A stretch of 64,000 bases of DNA, taken from NCBI GenBank assembly GCA_019058275.1, contig JAHLVW010000108.1, positions 20,919 to 84,918 of the forward strand, given 5' to 3'. The translations under genes and the position numbers were made by a program. Positions 40,694 to 51,614 of this stretch are shown piece by piece. The DNA comes from Candidatus Heimdallarchaeota archaeon. GTDB taxonomy: Archaea; Asgardarchaeota; Heimdallarchaeia; JABLTI01. Within the stretch, counting starts at the first letter, position 1. Every line of letters starts with the position of its first letter. The notes below the pieces were generated by a model. That model was not told the DNA's origin. It saw nothing but the letters and a program-made list of their open reading frames with translations, and did no database searches.

Positions 40694-42805
40694 ATGTACC
40701 AAAAAATTTTCAAGTTAGTATCAAAAGAATTCTCAGGTAAAAGTGCTAAAGAATTGATTGGTGGTATTGCCAACTTTCACCGAATCCAATCATCACCAGG
40801 ATTTCGAGCTGCAGCAAAATACAGTCAGGAAAAACTCATGGAGTACAAAATACCCAATGTTAAAACTCATTCATATCCTGCAAATGGAAATAATACCTTT
40901 TGGGGTTCTCCTGTTCCAAAAGAATGGAGTATTGAAAGTGCTTCTTTGGATCTTATAGAACCAAAAGGAAATGAGAAAAGTTTATGCCGATTTTTTGAGA
41001 ATCCTTGTTCAGTTATCCAACGATCTAAGACAACACCATCTGAAGGAATTACTGGCGAAGTAATCTTCCTACCTCGAGGATTAGAAGAAAAGGAAATGAG
41101 AAAATACGATCTGAAAGGGAAATTTATCTTAACAGATGATCCTAGCTTAAAGAAGCTAAGGCTTATTGCTGTAGGTAAATTGGGTGCTGCAGGTATAATT
41201 TATGACCTTGTAAGTGAACTTAAACCAATAAGAACAAGAGCTAATTTTCCAACTGCTAGAAGGTATACTTCATTCTGGTATGGTACTAAGGGAAACGAAG
41301 GGGATGCATTAGGTTTTGTCTTATCTGCACAGCAAGGTGATGAATTAAGAAAGCTAATAGCGAAAACTGAAAAGGAAAATGAGAAGCTGACCAAGGATGG
41401 GAAACCAACAAAGCAAGTTAAAGTTCATGCTAAAGTAAAATCCAGTTTTTATAATGGGGAAATGGAGGTTGTTGATTTCTCCATTCCTGGGAAAGAAAAG
41501 GGGAAAGAAGTACTTGCAGTAGCTCATCTTTGTCATCCTAAACCTAGCGCAGTGGACAATGCTTCTGGTTGTGGAATACTAATTGAAACTGCAAGAATCT
41601 TAAATGATTTAATTGAAAGTGGAAAACTGGAACGACCAAAAAGAGGAATTAGATTTTTGCTAATGGCGGAATTTACTGGAACATATTGTTATTTAGCGTC
41701 AAATGAAGAAAAAATCAAGGAATTTGTTGCAGGGATAAATCTCGACATGGTAGGCGCTGATCAAACTATTGGTGGTGGTCGAACATTGATTATGGAGAGA
41801 ACACACAATGCATGTCCATCTTATGTGAACGATGTCTTAAGTGGCATTTTAGATGAAGCTAGTAGAGAAGTAAGTAATTTCCAAAATACTGGTGCAACTG
41901 CTATGTTCAAATTCGCCAATGATCAACCATTTTCCGGTGGTTCGGATCATATGGTTTTAGGACATCCAGATGTAGGTGTTGGCACTCCAATGTTTATTCA
42001 GTGGCCTGATAGATATTATCATACTGGAGAAGATACAATTGAGAAAGTTTCACCTGAGATAGTTCATTTAATTGGTTCACTTACAGCAACATATTGTTAT
42101 TTCTTAGCTAATGCTGAACTTCCTGAAATATTACGAGTTATTAGAGAAGTTGCAACTAAAGGCAAAGAAAGAATAACTAAATTAAGTAGAAAAATAATCG
42201 ATGAACTATTTACAAATATTGAAGAAAAGAAAGAGAAAGAACAATTAGTTGTGACTACCCTAGAAAGTGTTGATACTAAATTTAATTTTAGAAAGAACAT
42301 CGAGCTACAAGCGCTTGATACAGTTAAAGTGTTACTATCTGATAAAAAAGAGATTGCTAAAGCAGAGGAACTAATTGATGAAATGAAGAAAGCAATTGGT
42401 ACATATGTTGAAAACGAAATCAATCAAACAAAGAGTACGATAAAAACTATCTCAGAATCAATGAAAATAAAACCAGAACAACTACCAAAGAAAGAAAAAG
42501 ATAAACATGAATTGCGAGCTGAAAAAACCATTGCTAAAAAGACCATTACAGGACCTCTTTCAAGTTTGAATTTAGGAGATCTCTTATACAAAGATATGGT
42601 CAAAATGAACAAAATATCTGAAGAGTATAAAGGGATGTATCCTGTTATTTCATCCGCACTCTTTTGGATCGATGGAAAACGAACAATAGCAGAAGTTGCT
42701 AAGCTAGTAGAAAATGATATAGGAAAAACAAGCATTTCATATATTTTGAAAATGTTAGAATTCTACAAAGTGCATGGAATAGTTGAATTTCTCGAGAAAA
42801 AATAG
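40694..42805 (+). CDS. DUF4910 / M28-family metallopeptidase
   Basis: AHLCHP, DNASG, AE..GT, INLDMVG, SDH, YYHT..D; C-terminal winged helix. Confidence 0.88.
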   Translation: MYQKIFKLVSKEFSGKSAKELIGGIANFHRIQSSPGFRAAAKYSQEKLMEYKIPNVKTHSYPANGNNTFWGSPVPKEWSIESASLDLIEPKGNEKSLCRFFENPCSVIQRSKTTPSEGITGEVIFLPRGLEEKEMRKYDLKGKFILTDDPSLKKLRLIAVGKLGAAGIIYDLVSELKPIRTRANFPTARRYTSFWYGTKGNEGDALGFVLSAQQGDELRKLIAKTEKENEKLTKDGKPTKQVKVHAKVKSSFYNGEMEVVDFSIPGKEKGKEVLAVAHLCHPKPSAVDNASGCGILIETARILNDLIESGKLERPKRGIRFLLMAEFTGTYCYLASNEEKIKEFVAGINLDMVGADQTIGGGRTLIMERTHNACPSYVNDVLSGILDEASREVSNFQNTGATAMFKFANDQPFSGGSDHMVLGHPDVGVGTPMFIQWPDRYYHTGEDTIEKVSPEIVHLIGSLTATYCYFLANAELPEILRVIREVATKGKERITKLSRKIIDELFTNIEEKKEKEQLVVTTLESVDTKFNFRKNIELQALDTVKVLLSDKKEIAKAEELIDEMKKAIGTYVENEINQTKSTIKTISESMKIKPEQLPKKEKDKHELRAEKTIAKKTITGPLSSLNLGDLLYKDMVKMNKISEEYKGMYPVISSALFWIDGKRTIAEVAKLVENDIGKTSISYILKMLEFYKVHGIVEFLEKK

Positions 42806-42833
42806 AAAGTTGGTAGATTTTAGAATTACTACC

Positions 42834-43066
42834 CACTTGTTGGTTCGAATTCTCCTTCTACTCCAACTGGAGCTACAGTATTCCTTACAGCAAATCCACC
42901 TGCTATTAACATGGAGAGTACCATGATTATGACAGATACTACTTATACATTGAGCTTTCTCATAGCTATCCGCCACCGCCTGTTCCAGCATCTCCCTGAC
43001 CGAAGCCACTTGGGGAGAGTACTTCCTTCACTCCTAACCCTATGAGGAGAGAGAGGACCAACAGTG
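42834..43066 (-). ncRNA. Orphan structured ncRNA (possibly a divergent RNase P-type RNA)
   Basis: GC-rich intergenic block with a closing helix CACUGUUGGU/ACCAACAAGUG, a C(UUCG)G hairpin and several more stems whose GU pairs favour the minus strand. Confidence 0.6.
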
Positions 43067-43436
43067 CTAAAGATACTATTTGTGCGTTTATTTTTTTCAT
43101 TGTTCAGGCTCCTAAACATTAACAGTTACCCAAGAATTAGATTGTAAACTTATAAAACAAAAAAATAAAGTACTTTCGCAGAGAAAAAAGAAGTTCGAAT
43201 CAAAATTGCTTATTTTTCCGAAGATTACTTTCAGTATTCCTCTTTTTATAGATTGGTCAAGCATACCTTTGTGACAGTAAAACGTTGATGTGAATACTAT
43301 GGGGATAAAAATAGACAACATAAAGTACCGTACGGACTTTTGAAAGAAGCAACAGGAAATCTCCATGGAATCTGTGAGACAGAATGTAGAAAGTGAAGAG
43401 AAGAAAAACAATAAAAAAAAGAAAAGGAAGCAGAAA

Positions 43437-44426
43437 CTATGATTTAGGCAAGAGACGCACACCGCAGTTTTCGCAGAAAAAGTCATCTTCCTCAATTTCG
43501 TGACCACATTCAGGGCACAAATTATGGGCAGGACTTTCTATTAGGACTTCTGTTTTAGAATCAGGAGGAGGAGCAAATCTTGTACCTTTTTGAACTTCAA
43601 CTTTCTTGGTGATGCCATCTAATCTGACGTTTTTCTCTTTGGAATCTTTGTAAATCATTGAAGCCCAATAGATGGGGTAAAAGACCATTTTCTTATCAGT
43701 GATTATTAGTTTCTCAAAAATGACTCTTTTAGCAATATCAGGTCTTGTTGCATACTCATCAATGATATCTGTAGTGAATTTTTCGATGTCAATATATTCC
43801 TTGGGAACCATTTTAACATTGACTTCTAAGAACTGATCGTTAACATCTAAGAAGTCTACATCTGGAAGAGAATCGGGATTTATAGAACTGCCCTTATAGT
43901 TTATTGTTTCCATGATGTCCTTTTGGATATGTATGTGTTCTATGCCTTTTATTTGAATTTCAGGCTCTGGTTTTGCTTCTTTTTTACCTCCACCAGAAAA
44001 CAGTCCATCAAAGAAACTTCGTTTCTTCTTACCTTTTATCTCGACCTCTGTTTCATCATCTTCCTTTTTAGGGACGATTATTTCTTCACCAAGAATAAAC
44101 ACTGATACAGTATCATCAATTAAATCAATATCGTAGGTTCTTTCCGCTAAATAGCGAATTTCATATTGACCACCAATTATTAGGTATGGTTCATAGCTTT
44201 TCTTTATACTTTTAATTTGTACTTCATTTTCCTTTGGACGTTTAAAGAATCCTTTAAACACCTCAATTTTCTCTCTGTCAAAGATTGATTTTGCATCATC
44301 TTCCGTCATATCTGATTTTGCTACCAAGAATTTAGTAGGGGCAATTTCATCAATTCTTTCAGCACTTGGATCGTCTATTCGATAATCATATTCTTCGCTC
44401 ATGATACCTACCTCATTAATTAACAA
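43437..44426 (-). CDS. Hypothetical protein with a C-terminal zinc ribbon
   Basis: CPECG...FCENCG; YEPY and FYPIYW motifs. Confidence 0.8.
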   Translation of the reverse strand: MLINEVGIMSEEYDYRIDDPSAERIDEIAPTKFLVAKSDMTEDDAKSIFDREKIEVFKGFFKRPKENEVQIKSIKKSYEPYLIIGGQYEIRYLAERTYDIDLIDDTVSVFILGEEIIVPKKEDDETEVEIKGKKKRSFFDGLFSGGGKKEAKPEPEIQIKGIEHIHIQKDIMETINYKGSSINPDSLPDVDFLDVNDQFLEVNVKMVPKEYIDIEKFTTDIIDEYATRPDIAKRVIFEKLIITDKKMVFYPIYWASMIYKDSKEKNVRLDGITKKVEVQKGTRFAPPPDSKTEVLIESPAHNLCPECGHEIEEDDFFCENCGVRLLPKS

Positions 44427-44494
44427 TTATTCTTTACTTCAAACATGTTGAAAAATATAACTGAATAATAGAGTTCAAAGCACAGAAATAAGAA

Positions 44495-45406
44495 CTACTT
44501 TTCTTTGAATTCTGGATCAAAATCTCTTAACCTACTAATGATATCTTCTCGAGTATGATTGGGAATTGGTCCAGAAGTAGCAATTTTATATGATGCTGCA
44601 GATGCAGCAACTAGCCCAGAATAATGGCAATCTTTTGTTCGAAGATATTCTAATAAGAATGTAATTATGAATGTATCACCTGCACCAGTTTCATCAATAA
44701 TATCTGTTGGAATTGCAGGAATATCATACCGGACATTTTCATGAAATATGATAGCTCCTTTGTCAGCTAACGTTATCACAAGTAATTTTAAACCTGTGTC
44801 TAACGCTAATTGTATTGCTTCTTCTAAATCTAATGTTGAAGTTATGCTCTTCAGTTCAGTATCATCAACCTTTAGGATATCCAATTGAGGTAAATACTCA
44901 TCATAGTTTATCCAAGGTTCATGCACTATTTTCTTACTTTTCTTTTCTGCGTTTCTTGTAAATCCTTGCCCTTCTAATGAGACAAAATCAAACGATTCGC
45001 GAACTTTGGGAATCATGTCAAGATCTATTTCATTAAATACTGGACCAAGATGTATACAGGGTGCTTGTAAATAAACACTTGGTATATCATCAAAGGTGAT
45101 TTTTTCTGAAACTGAAAGTACTTTTTGAGTTCTTTTACCTCGAGAATTATACTTGTTCTCAAAAACCATGGAATTTTGACCTGAAATTTTAAAACCATTC
45201 AAGTCCGCTTCTAAAGAATTTATCACTTTGAGATTTTTGACAGGAAAATCAGTACCAACTTTGGAAACTATACCTATTGTCTCTCCTAACGCTTTTGCAG
45301 CAGAAGCAGCATATACAGGAACACCTCCGATGAAACGTTTCTCATTTTTTCTAGGAGCTAGTATAATATCTTGTGTGATACTACCAGCGACAATAAGTTT
45401 AATCAT
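44495..45406 (-). CDS. PfkB family carbohydrate kinase
   Basis: GG.PVY, DETGAGDTF. Confidence 0.92.
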   Translation of the reverse strand: MIKLIVAGSITQDIILAPRKNEKRFIGGVPVYAASAAKALGETIGIVSKVGTDFPVKNLKVINSLEADLNGFKISGQNSMVFENKYNSRGKRTQKVLSVSEKITFDDIPSVYLQAPCIHLGPVFNEIDLDMIPKVRESFDFVSLEGQGFTRNAEKKSKKIVHEPWINYDEYLPQLDILKVDDTELKSITSTLDLEEAIQLALDTGLKLLVITLADKGAIIFHENVRYDIPAIPTDIIDETGAGDTFIITFLLEYLRTKDCHYSGLVAASAASYKIATSGPIPNHTREDIISRLRDFDPEFKEK

Positions 45407-45522
45407 TTTCTAGCTATGAATTGTGTTAATATTCAAAAATGATTCGAAGAGTGAATCGAATTTTGTAGACGTCAGTAAGCATTATATGTCCGGTTTAGAA
45501 AAGGAAACAATGATGTGTAAAG

Positions 45523-46704
45523 ATGTTTTTACCAAAACGCTTGTTTGAGCAAGAAAAGGAACCTGAAGTTCCCACGCCTCCAACAATAGATAATCTAGAA
45601 GCTGTTGCAGCGCAAAATGAATTAAACAGTCTTTTGAAAAGAGAAGATATAAGCATCAATGCTGTACCTTCTAATGAAGAAAAGGTATTAACAGTATTTA
45701 CTCACGGATACGGGTCCTCTAAATGGGTGTGGATAGACCCCTATTTTGGCAGCCATGGATGGTTACGTGATCATAGAAATGACCCTCCACTTAGATCCTA
45801 TGGTTGGCATTCTAAACCACCTCCCAGTCATATGTATTCACCTTTCTCGATTAGTGTTTCACCTTTAGTCTTTCCAGAAGGTGTCTTTAATACCTTAAAA
45901 AGAAATGGTCAAGAAGTTCTTGCTTATTCACAAAGGGATCCTTTTGGTGATATTGATATTTCAGCAAAAGAATTAGAGATTTTACTTAATGGTGTAAAGA
46001 AAATATACGGAGAAAGAAAAATCATATTAGTAGGGCACTCAAGAGGTGGGATTTGCCTAAGACGATATCTCGATTTGAATACCAATCCAGATATTAAGAA
46101 GGTTATAACTTTAGCAACTCCCCATTTAGGTTCAAACTTTATGAATTTTAGAGTAATTAAGCAGCCAATTATTAAAATTCTAAATGATACGAACTTTAAG
46201 CGATTTTGGGATATAACTGGAACGAGAAAGGCGCATGATATCAATCATGAACAATTAGCTACTAATAGCAAGTATCTGTTTGACTTGAAAGATAGAGAGA
46301 AGTCTCCAGAAATTGAATATATTGTCACTGGTGGAACTTGTCCAACTTTTGCTAATTTCTATACTTGGAGCATGGTTAAAAGAAAAGTCTCAAAAGAAAT
46401 TGTGAATCGCATTTTTCATAGAGAATCTAAAATCGTGAAAAAGAAAAAAGTTACTGAAGTTAAAAAAGAAGAAACAAAAAATTACCAATGGGTTGCTTAT
46501 CCAAACAAGTTTTTATCGCTTTTTGAGAAAAGGGTTATACCAGAGCTCAATAATGGCGATGGTGTTATATCACTTAGAAGTGCTTTACTAAGCACTGCAA
46601 TCAGGAAATACAAATTCAATAAGAATCATGAAGAAATAGCCATCTGTGGACAAACAAAGAAACTACTGTTAAAAGAAATAAAACTGACACAAAAAGAAAC
46701 TTGA
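45523..46704 (+). CDS. Alpha/beta hydrolase (lipase/PGAP1-like)
   Basis: HG, GHSRGG nucleophile elbow, TLATPHLGS, GDGVI, H. Confidence 0.88.
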   Translation: MFLPKRLFEQEKEPEVPTPPTIDNLEAVAAQNELNSLLKREDISINAVPSNEEKVLTVFTHGYGSSKWVWIDPYFGSHGWLRDHRNDPPLRSYGWHSKPPPSHMYSPFSISVSPLVFPEGVFNTLKRNGQEVLAYSQRDPFGDIDISAKELEILLNGVKKIYGERKIILVGHSRGGICLRRYLDLNTNPDIKKVITLATPHLGSNFMNFRVIKQPIIKILNDTNFKRFWDITGTRKAHDINHEQLATNSKYLFDLKDREKSPEIEYIVTGGTCPTFANFYTWSMVKRKVSKEIVNRIFHRESKIVKKKKVTEVKKEETKNYQWVAYPNKFLSLFEKRVIPELNNGDGVISLRSALLSTAIRKYKFNKNHEEIAICGQTKKLLLKEIKLTQKET

Positions 46705-46737
46705 ATATACATATTTGCTATCATATACTTTATTTGA

Positions 46738-47580
46738 TTATCCTTGTGAATCTAACTTCCTACCACAATTAGGGCATCGTGTGTCTGTTGGGTATACTGT
46801 ATGACTACAACGTTTACAACGAGATATTCTTTGACTTGGTCCTCTTGCAGGGGAAGCAGATGATACTGGAGCTAGAGGTTTACTGCAATTTGGGCAAACA
46901 GTTTGATGGGGATAGACTATAGCATTACATTTTGAACAACGAGCAGTTCCAGGAGGAGCTCGTCCGATTTCTTTGACTGCATCTTTCTTTTGACGAGTTG
47001 AAGGTGAAAGAATTCTACCACAATTATTACAACGAGTTTCATAATCGTAGACAATTGCTCCGCATTTAGCACATTTTGCAAACTTACTACCTGGCTTTTC
47101 TTGAAGACCAGGACGAGTTTGAGGAGGTGGTTGTGGTGGTCTTTGCGGTGTATAAGGTTGGCTTGGAGAATATGGTTGAGGAGAGGGACTGTATGGCGCA
47201 GGATATGGACTATCAGCTGTTTGATAGGATTTCCCACATCCAGGACATTGTTTATCATCTGAGCGTAAAACAGTTCCGCATCGTTCACAAACAATCTTTG
47301 TTCCAGGTTGCTGAGGACCTCTATAATCATATGGAGGATAACCAGCAGGATAGGCAGGTGATTGGGATTGATCAGGGGGAGGAGGTGTATAAGCAACATC
47401 AATACCAAATTGACTTGCTTGAGAACTAGATTCAATTTCAAAATCAATTGGCGTAGGTTCGCTTGCTGTAGTTTGATTTGTGGGGGTATCCACGAGTTTG
47501 GGAATTACATTGCCACATTCCGTACACATTTCAGCATCATCACGGTTTGCAGTTCCGCAACTGGGACAGAAGACTGTCGT
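46738..47580 (-). CDS. Multi zinc-ribbon, Pro-rich protein
   Basis: Five CxxC-x10-CxxC units; the first is complete only if translation starts at ACG 47580 (GAGGT RBS upstream). Confidence 0.8.
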   Translation of the reverse strand, partial: TTVFCPSCGTANRDDAEMCTECGNVIPKLVDTPTNQTTASEPTPIDFEIESSSQASQFGIDVAYTPPPPDQSQSPAYPAGYPPYDYRGPQQPGTKIVCERCGTVLRSDDKQCPGCGKSYQTADSPYPAPYSPSPQPYSPSQPYTPQRPPQPPPQTRPGLQEKPGSKFAKCAKCGAIVYDYETRCNNCGRILSPSTRQKKDAVKEIGRAPPGTARCSKCNAIVYPHQTVCPNCSKPLAPVSSASPARGPSQRISRCKRCSHTVYPTDTRCPNCGRKLDSQG

Positions 47581-47866
47581 TTTAATTACCTCATTATTAT
47601 TTTTAGTAATTGATTTATTTAGTTTTAGAGTAAATAAATTTTAGCAAAATGTCAAGATAAAAAATAATTATACATTTTATTATTTTAACGTATATAATGT
47701 GGTAATTTAGCTTCTTTGAAGAAGAAAAGTTCCTTTAAATAATTTTAGGGAAAACATTAAAAGCTCAAAAGGGTAAGTTTACCAAATTTCTGACGATATG
47801 AATGCTTGAGAAAAGTGTTTCTCAGCGTTCTCAAAAAATTACTACCAATAAGAAGCTGATACAACT

Positions 47867-49171
47867 ATGAGTGAAAATGAATATGATATTGTTATAGTTG
47901 GATCTGGTTGTGCAGGTCCGGCAGCTGCGAAGAAAGCAGCAGAATTGGGACTGAAAGTGTTACTTCTTGAAAAATCACAAAAACCAGGTGAAAAGAATGT
48001 TTCTGGAACTTGTTTGAATATGGCTGCTTTAGTGGATCCAGATTTACAATATTTAATGAAGGGACCCATTGAACGAGAAATCTATGAAATGCATTCCTAT
48101 ATGATTACTCCAGAACGAACAACAATGTTTCGTGAAACACCTAGCGAAGGAATTATTTTACTCTCTATAAGAAGAGATGTTTTTGATGCATGGCATACTG
48201 ATATGGCAAAGAAAGCAGGAGCAGAAGTAAAACTATCAACTACAGTGATAGACATTATTGAAGAGAATGGCAAAATCAAAGGAGTAGTAACCGATTCAGG
48301 AGACAAATACTACGGAAAAATGGTTATTGATGCAGCAGGAGTAAACTCAATAGTAGGACGAAAAGCAGGATTAATTCCTAAGAGAAAAGGACAGAATATG
48401 ATCCTCTATACAATCCTGAATGTTCATCTAGGAGAAAAACTAGTAGATGAGAGATTCGGTAATTCAATCTACTATTTCTTATCACCAAACGCTATGCACA
48501 AAACATGGGCGTGGGCGTTCCCGAAGAGAGAGGTAGTGACCTTCGGAACAGGAGGGTACATGGACGATGAACTGTTCAAGGATGGAATAACCTCAGTCAA
48601 CGATTACATGCAGAACCTAATAGACTTGCCAGTCATCAAAGAGAAAATAGAAGGTGGGAAAATCGCTTCGTGGGGATTGCACTTGGAATTCGACGAAGCA
48701 ATTGAACGAAGAACAAGGGATGGACTCATACTCACTGGGGAAGCTGGTGGATTCGTCATACCCTTTTTAGGTGAAGGGATGCCTGAGGCGTTTTTCACGG
48801 GAATCTATGCAGCTGAGTCAGCGAAGAAAGCGATAGATGCGAACGATTTCTCAGCCGAGAAACTCGAGGAACACTTCATGGAGAGATACCAAGAAAACAT
48901 CTTTCTACAAGGATTCCGCTACGTAGCAGACTTGAACAAGAAATCAATACTCACCAAAACAGATGAGGAAATAGCAGAAATAATGCAGAACGTCTGTATT
49001 GGTGGAGGATTCATAAGCAATGCTATACACACTCTTTGGATGAAGGGGGCGGAAGAAGACAACATGGATTTCGTACAAGAAGCGAAAGATTTCTACGAGT
49101 TTATCCAACCCTACAGGCAAGTAGGATCAGAGACGATTGAAATCTACAAAAAAATGAGGGCACAAAAATGA
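47867..49171 (+). CDS. FixC/geranylgeranyl-reductase-like FAD oxidoreductase
   Basis: GSGCAG dinucleotide fold, LLLEK...GEKNVSG, GEAGG...GEGM. Confidence 0.85.
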   Translation: MSENEYDIVIVGSGCAGPAAAKKAAELGLKVLLLEKSQKPGEKNVSGTCLNMAALVDPDLQYLMKGPIEREIYEMHSYMITPERTTMFRETPSEGIILLSIRRDVFDAWHTDMAKKAGAEVKLSTTVIDIIEENGKIKGVVTDSGDKYYGKMVIDAAGVNSIVGRKAGLIPKRKGQNMILYTILNVHLGEKLVDERFGNSIYYFLSPNAMHKTWAWAFPKREVVTFGTGGYMDDELFKDGITSVNDYMQNLIDLPVIKEKIEGGKIASWGLHLEFDEAIERRTRDGLILTGEAGGFVIPFLGEGMPEAFFTGIYAAESAKKAIDANDFSAEKLEEHFMERYQENIFLQGFRYVADLNKKSILTKTDEEIAEIMQNVCIGGGFISNAIHTLWMKGAEEDNMDFVQEAKDFYEFIQPYRQVGSETIEIYKKMRAQK

Positions 49172-49428
49172 AGGTAAAAATGGTAGTTGATTATTACTCA
49201 GGTGACACTGGAGAGTTTCTCAGAGTAGATGAGGAGAAGTGCACTGGATGCGGAGACTGTGCGAAGTTTTGCACAAGAAACGTTTGGGTTAAAAAGGGTG
49301 AAATGTATTATCCCAAGAATTTGAAGGATTGTGTAGAGTGTTTTGCTTGTTGGAACATCTGTGACTATGAAGCTGTGATAGCAGAAGAACCGAAAGGGGG
49401 AACTGGCGTTCGATTCGAGTATGGATGA
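49168..49428 (+). CDS. FixX-like 2x[4Fe-4S] ferredoxin
   Basis: CTGCGDC...C, CVECFAC...C, PKGGTGVRFEYG. Confidence 0.88.
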   Translation: MKVKMVVDYYSGDTGEFLRVDEEKCTGCGDCAKFCTRNVWVKKGEMYYPKNLKDCVECFACWNICDYEAVIAEEPKGGTGVRFEYG

Positions 49429-49442
49429 AAGGAGATGAAGAA

Positions 49443-49778
49443 ATGGTAACAGATGAGGAAATCGTATCAGAAATGAATATATTGCGAGAAAAGATGACCA
49501 GTGAGAAATTCGCAAAGCATTTTAAAACATGGAACAAGACTATGTAATATTTCTTCAAAGACACAGGTGAGTACTGGTATATTACCTTGAAAAACGGATA
49601 ACCAGAAGAGCCAGTCAAAGGAAAAGTAGAGAAACCAGAGATAAGTTATGAGATGACTACAAGCGATTTCCTTGACTTAATGCAAGGAAAAATCTCTGGC
49701 TTGAAACTGTATAACCAGAAACGATTAAAGATAAAAGCTTCGATGCCTGACATCTTGAAACTGCAAAAATTGAATTAG
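49443..49778 (+). pseudogene. SCP2 sterol/lipid-binding domain protein with two in-frame TAA stops
   Basis: MVTDEEIV...WNKTM*YFFKDTGEYW...G*PEE...FLDLMQGKISGLKLYNQKRLKIKASMPDILKL; stops at 49545 and 49599. Confidence 0.75.
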
Positions 49779-49788
49779 TAATGATTAT

Positions 49789-49832
49789 TTACCAGAATCT
49801 AATATGCTCTGTTTCTGGTAATTTCTTTTTTC
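49789..49832 (+). terminator. Hairpin plus T-tract ending the fixCX-SCP2 operon
   Basis: TTACCAGAA...TTCTGGTAA followed by TTTCTTTTT. Confidence 0.5.
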
Positions 49833-49933
49833 TCAATCTTATGTTTTCTCAAGTAGTTCAAGAATTTCTACCATTTAGATGAGGATAACTACAACGAATT
49901 CGGTATTGAATCAAGAGATGAATTTTCGTTTTA

Positions 49934-51610
49934 TTAATTGCGTTTGTTTATCGTTTTTAAAATAATATCAGCAATACAAGGACGTATTTCTATATTTTCA
50001 GTCCATGCACATACAATTGCTTCTTGTCCTTTCTTAACTATTCTTTCAGCTTCATCGGTTCTTTTAACGCATTCTTCTAACGGTATGTTTTTCGCACAAG
50101 CACTGCACTCATTTTGATACTCGTGTAATAATTCTACTTCTTCAGCTATTGGGTTATCCAAATCGAATGTTGGAATAAATCTCTCAGGTTGAGAATGAGT
50201 ATCAAAAGTATCCAGCTTTTGTTTAGTAATAACCTTTTTCTCTACCTCTTCCTTGATGTAGTTGAATAGTTCAATAGCAACATAAGGTCTAATATCCTCT
50301 TGAACCCAGAGAAGATGTAATTGATTTAAGTCATTCTTGTGAATCAATTCTCGCGCTTTTAAACGTAAATTAGTAACGTCACCAGGAAGAGTTTTGTCCT
50401 TGTGGTTTTCCCAAAGAGAATAGAGGTATGCTTTAGTATCAATTAATTCTTCCTCTTTTTGTACAGATAAATTCAAAGAACTATTTCCCATTAATTGTTT
50501 AATAGTTGGTTCAGTTTTCAATCGTTCATCTTTCTGTTTGAATACAACTTTAGCATTATTAATTTCATTTTCTTCTGGTATAATTGCTAATACCCCTTCC
50601 TTAAATTTAAGAAAAGTCTCAACCGCATCCTCTCGAGATAATTTTCTCAAATCAGCAAAAATTCTAAGAAGAGTACAAATTGTGCATGATATTAATACTT
50701 CTTTTTCAGCTTCAGTGATTTTCGAATTTGAAAAAACCTCAAGATTTTAGCTAATTCCTTTCGAATTAATCCAATAGTTTTTGGTGGATCATCTTTCAAG
50801 CAGTGTGGATTTTTCAAATCAATCTCTTCAAACAAATTAATTCTGCGAATGAATAACCGTATTAATTCTGTTGCTACTGCACTATGCACTGTTTGTGAGT
50901 GCAAGAAACATTCTATTGGTTCTTTTATTACTTCATGTCTTATACAGTCCTTATCAAATAATTCTGTCAAGTAGTCATCACACTCATATCTATCATTTCC
51001 AATCCAGACAACTTTTTTTTCATGGTCTGATTTCTCTAACTCGTCTTCCAAAGGAAACTCGTTATGTGGGAACGGTTGAATTTCAATGTCATCTTCAAGT
51101 AACTGCTCATCAAAGAATTCTCCTTTTATCGTTTCCTTCTCTGCTTCTAGTTGTTTCTTGAATAGTTGAATATGGAGAGAACTATACCCTTTCTTTAGGA
51201 GGTAGTAATTCCGAAAAACAACAAGTATAAGTTTAGCATCTAATGGATCAACTTTCCCTTCTTGAATCTCTTCTCCCAACTTTTTACAAAAACCACAATA
51301 GACTAATTGCTGAATCATTTTCTTGCCAAATCTTTTCTGACCAGTCCTACCTTTAGGTGTTGTACTTACAAATCTGTAGCGAGAGGTTCATTCATAGTTA
51401 TGAAATGCTTCGCTAAATCTTTACTAAATATGAGATTCTCAGTGGAACCTAAGTGTAGAAAACGATTAAATCCACTGATGTTTTTAGAAATCTGGAGAAT
51501 TTCTTCTTTAAAATGTGTTAATAAACAGGTTTTGAAAGTAGAACGATTACGAATGCAGAGGTTCTGGATGAATGATAGTCTTCAAGGTTCTTTTCGTTCA
51601 AACTTTTCAC
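49934..51610 (-). pseudogene. Large hypothetical gene fragmented by frameshifts (joins track ORFs 50692..51318 and 49934..50650)
   Basis: The frame of 49934..50650 stays open upstream (SKITEAEKEVLISCTICTLLRIFAD) into the previous ORF; further fragments extend up to the ATPase stop. Confidence 0.5.
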
Positions 51611-51614
51611 TCCT

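Noticed and set aside
42755-43009. 84 aa minus-strand ORF; also SRP RNA, cobalamin riboswitch or self-splicing intron identity for this block
   Set aside because: The ORF has no protein-like features and overlaps the structured RNA; no SRP helix-8 motif, B12 box or group I/II catalytic motifs were recognised
43112-43507. 131 aa minus-strand ORF and a palindrome at about 43322-43340
   Set aside because: The Phe-rich translation comes from an A-rich tract, and the single palindrome has no supporting context
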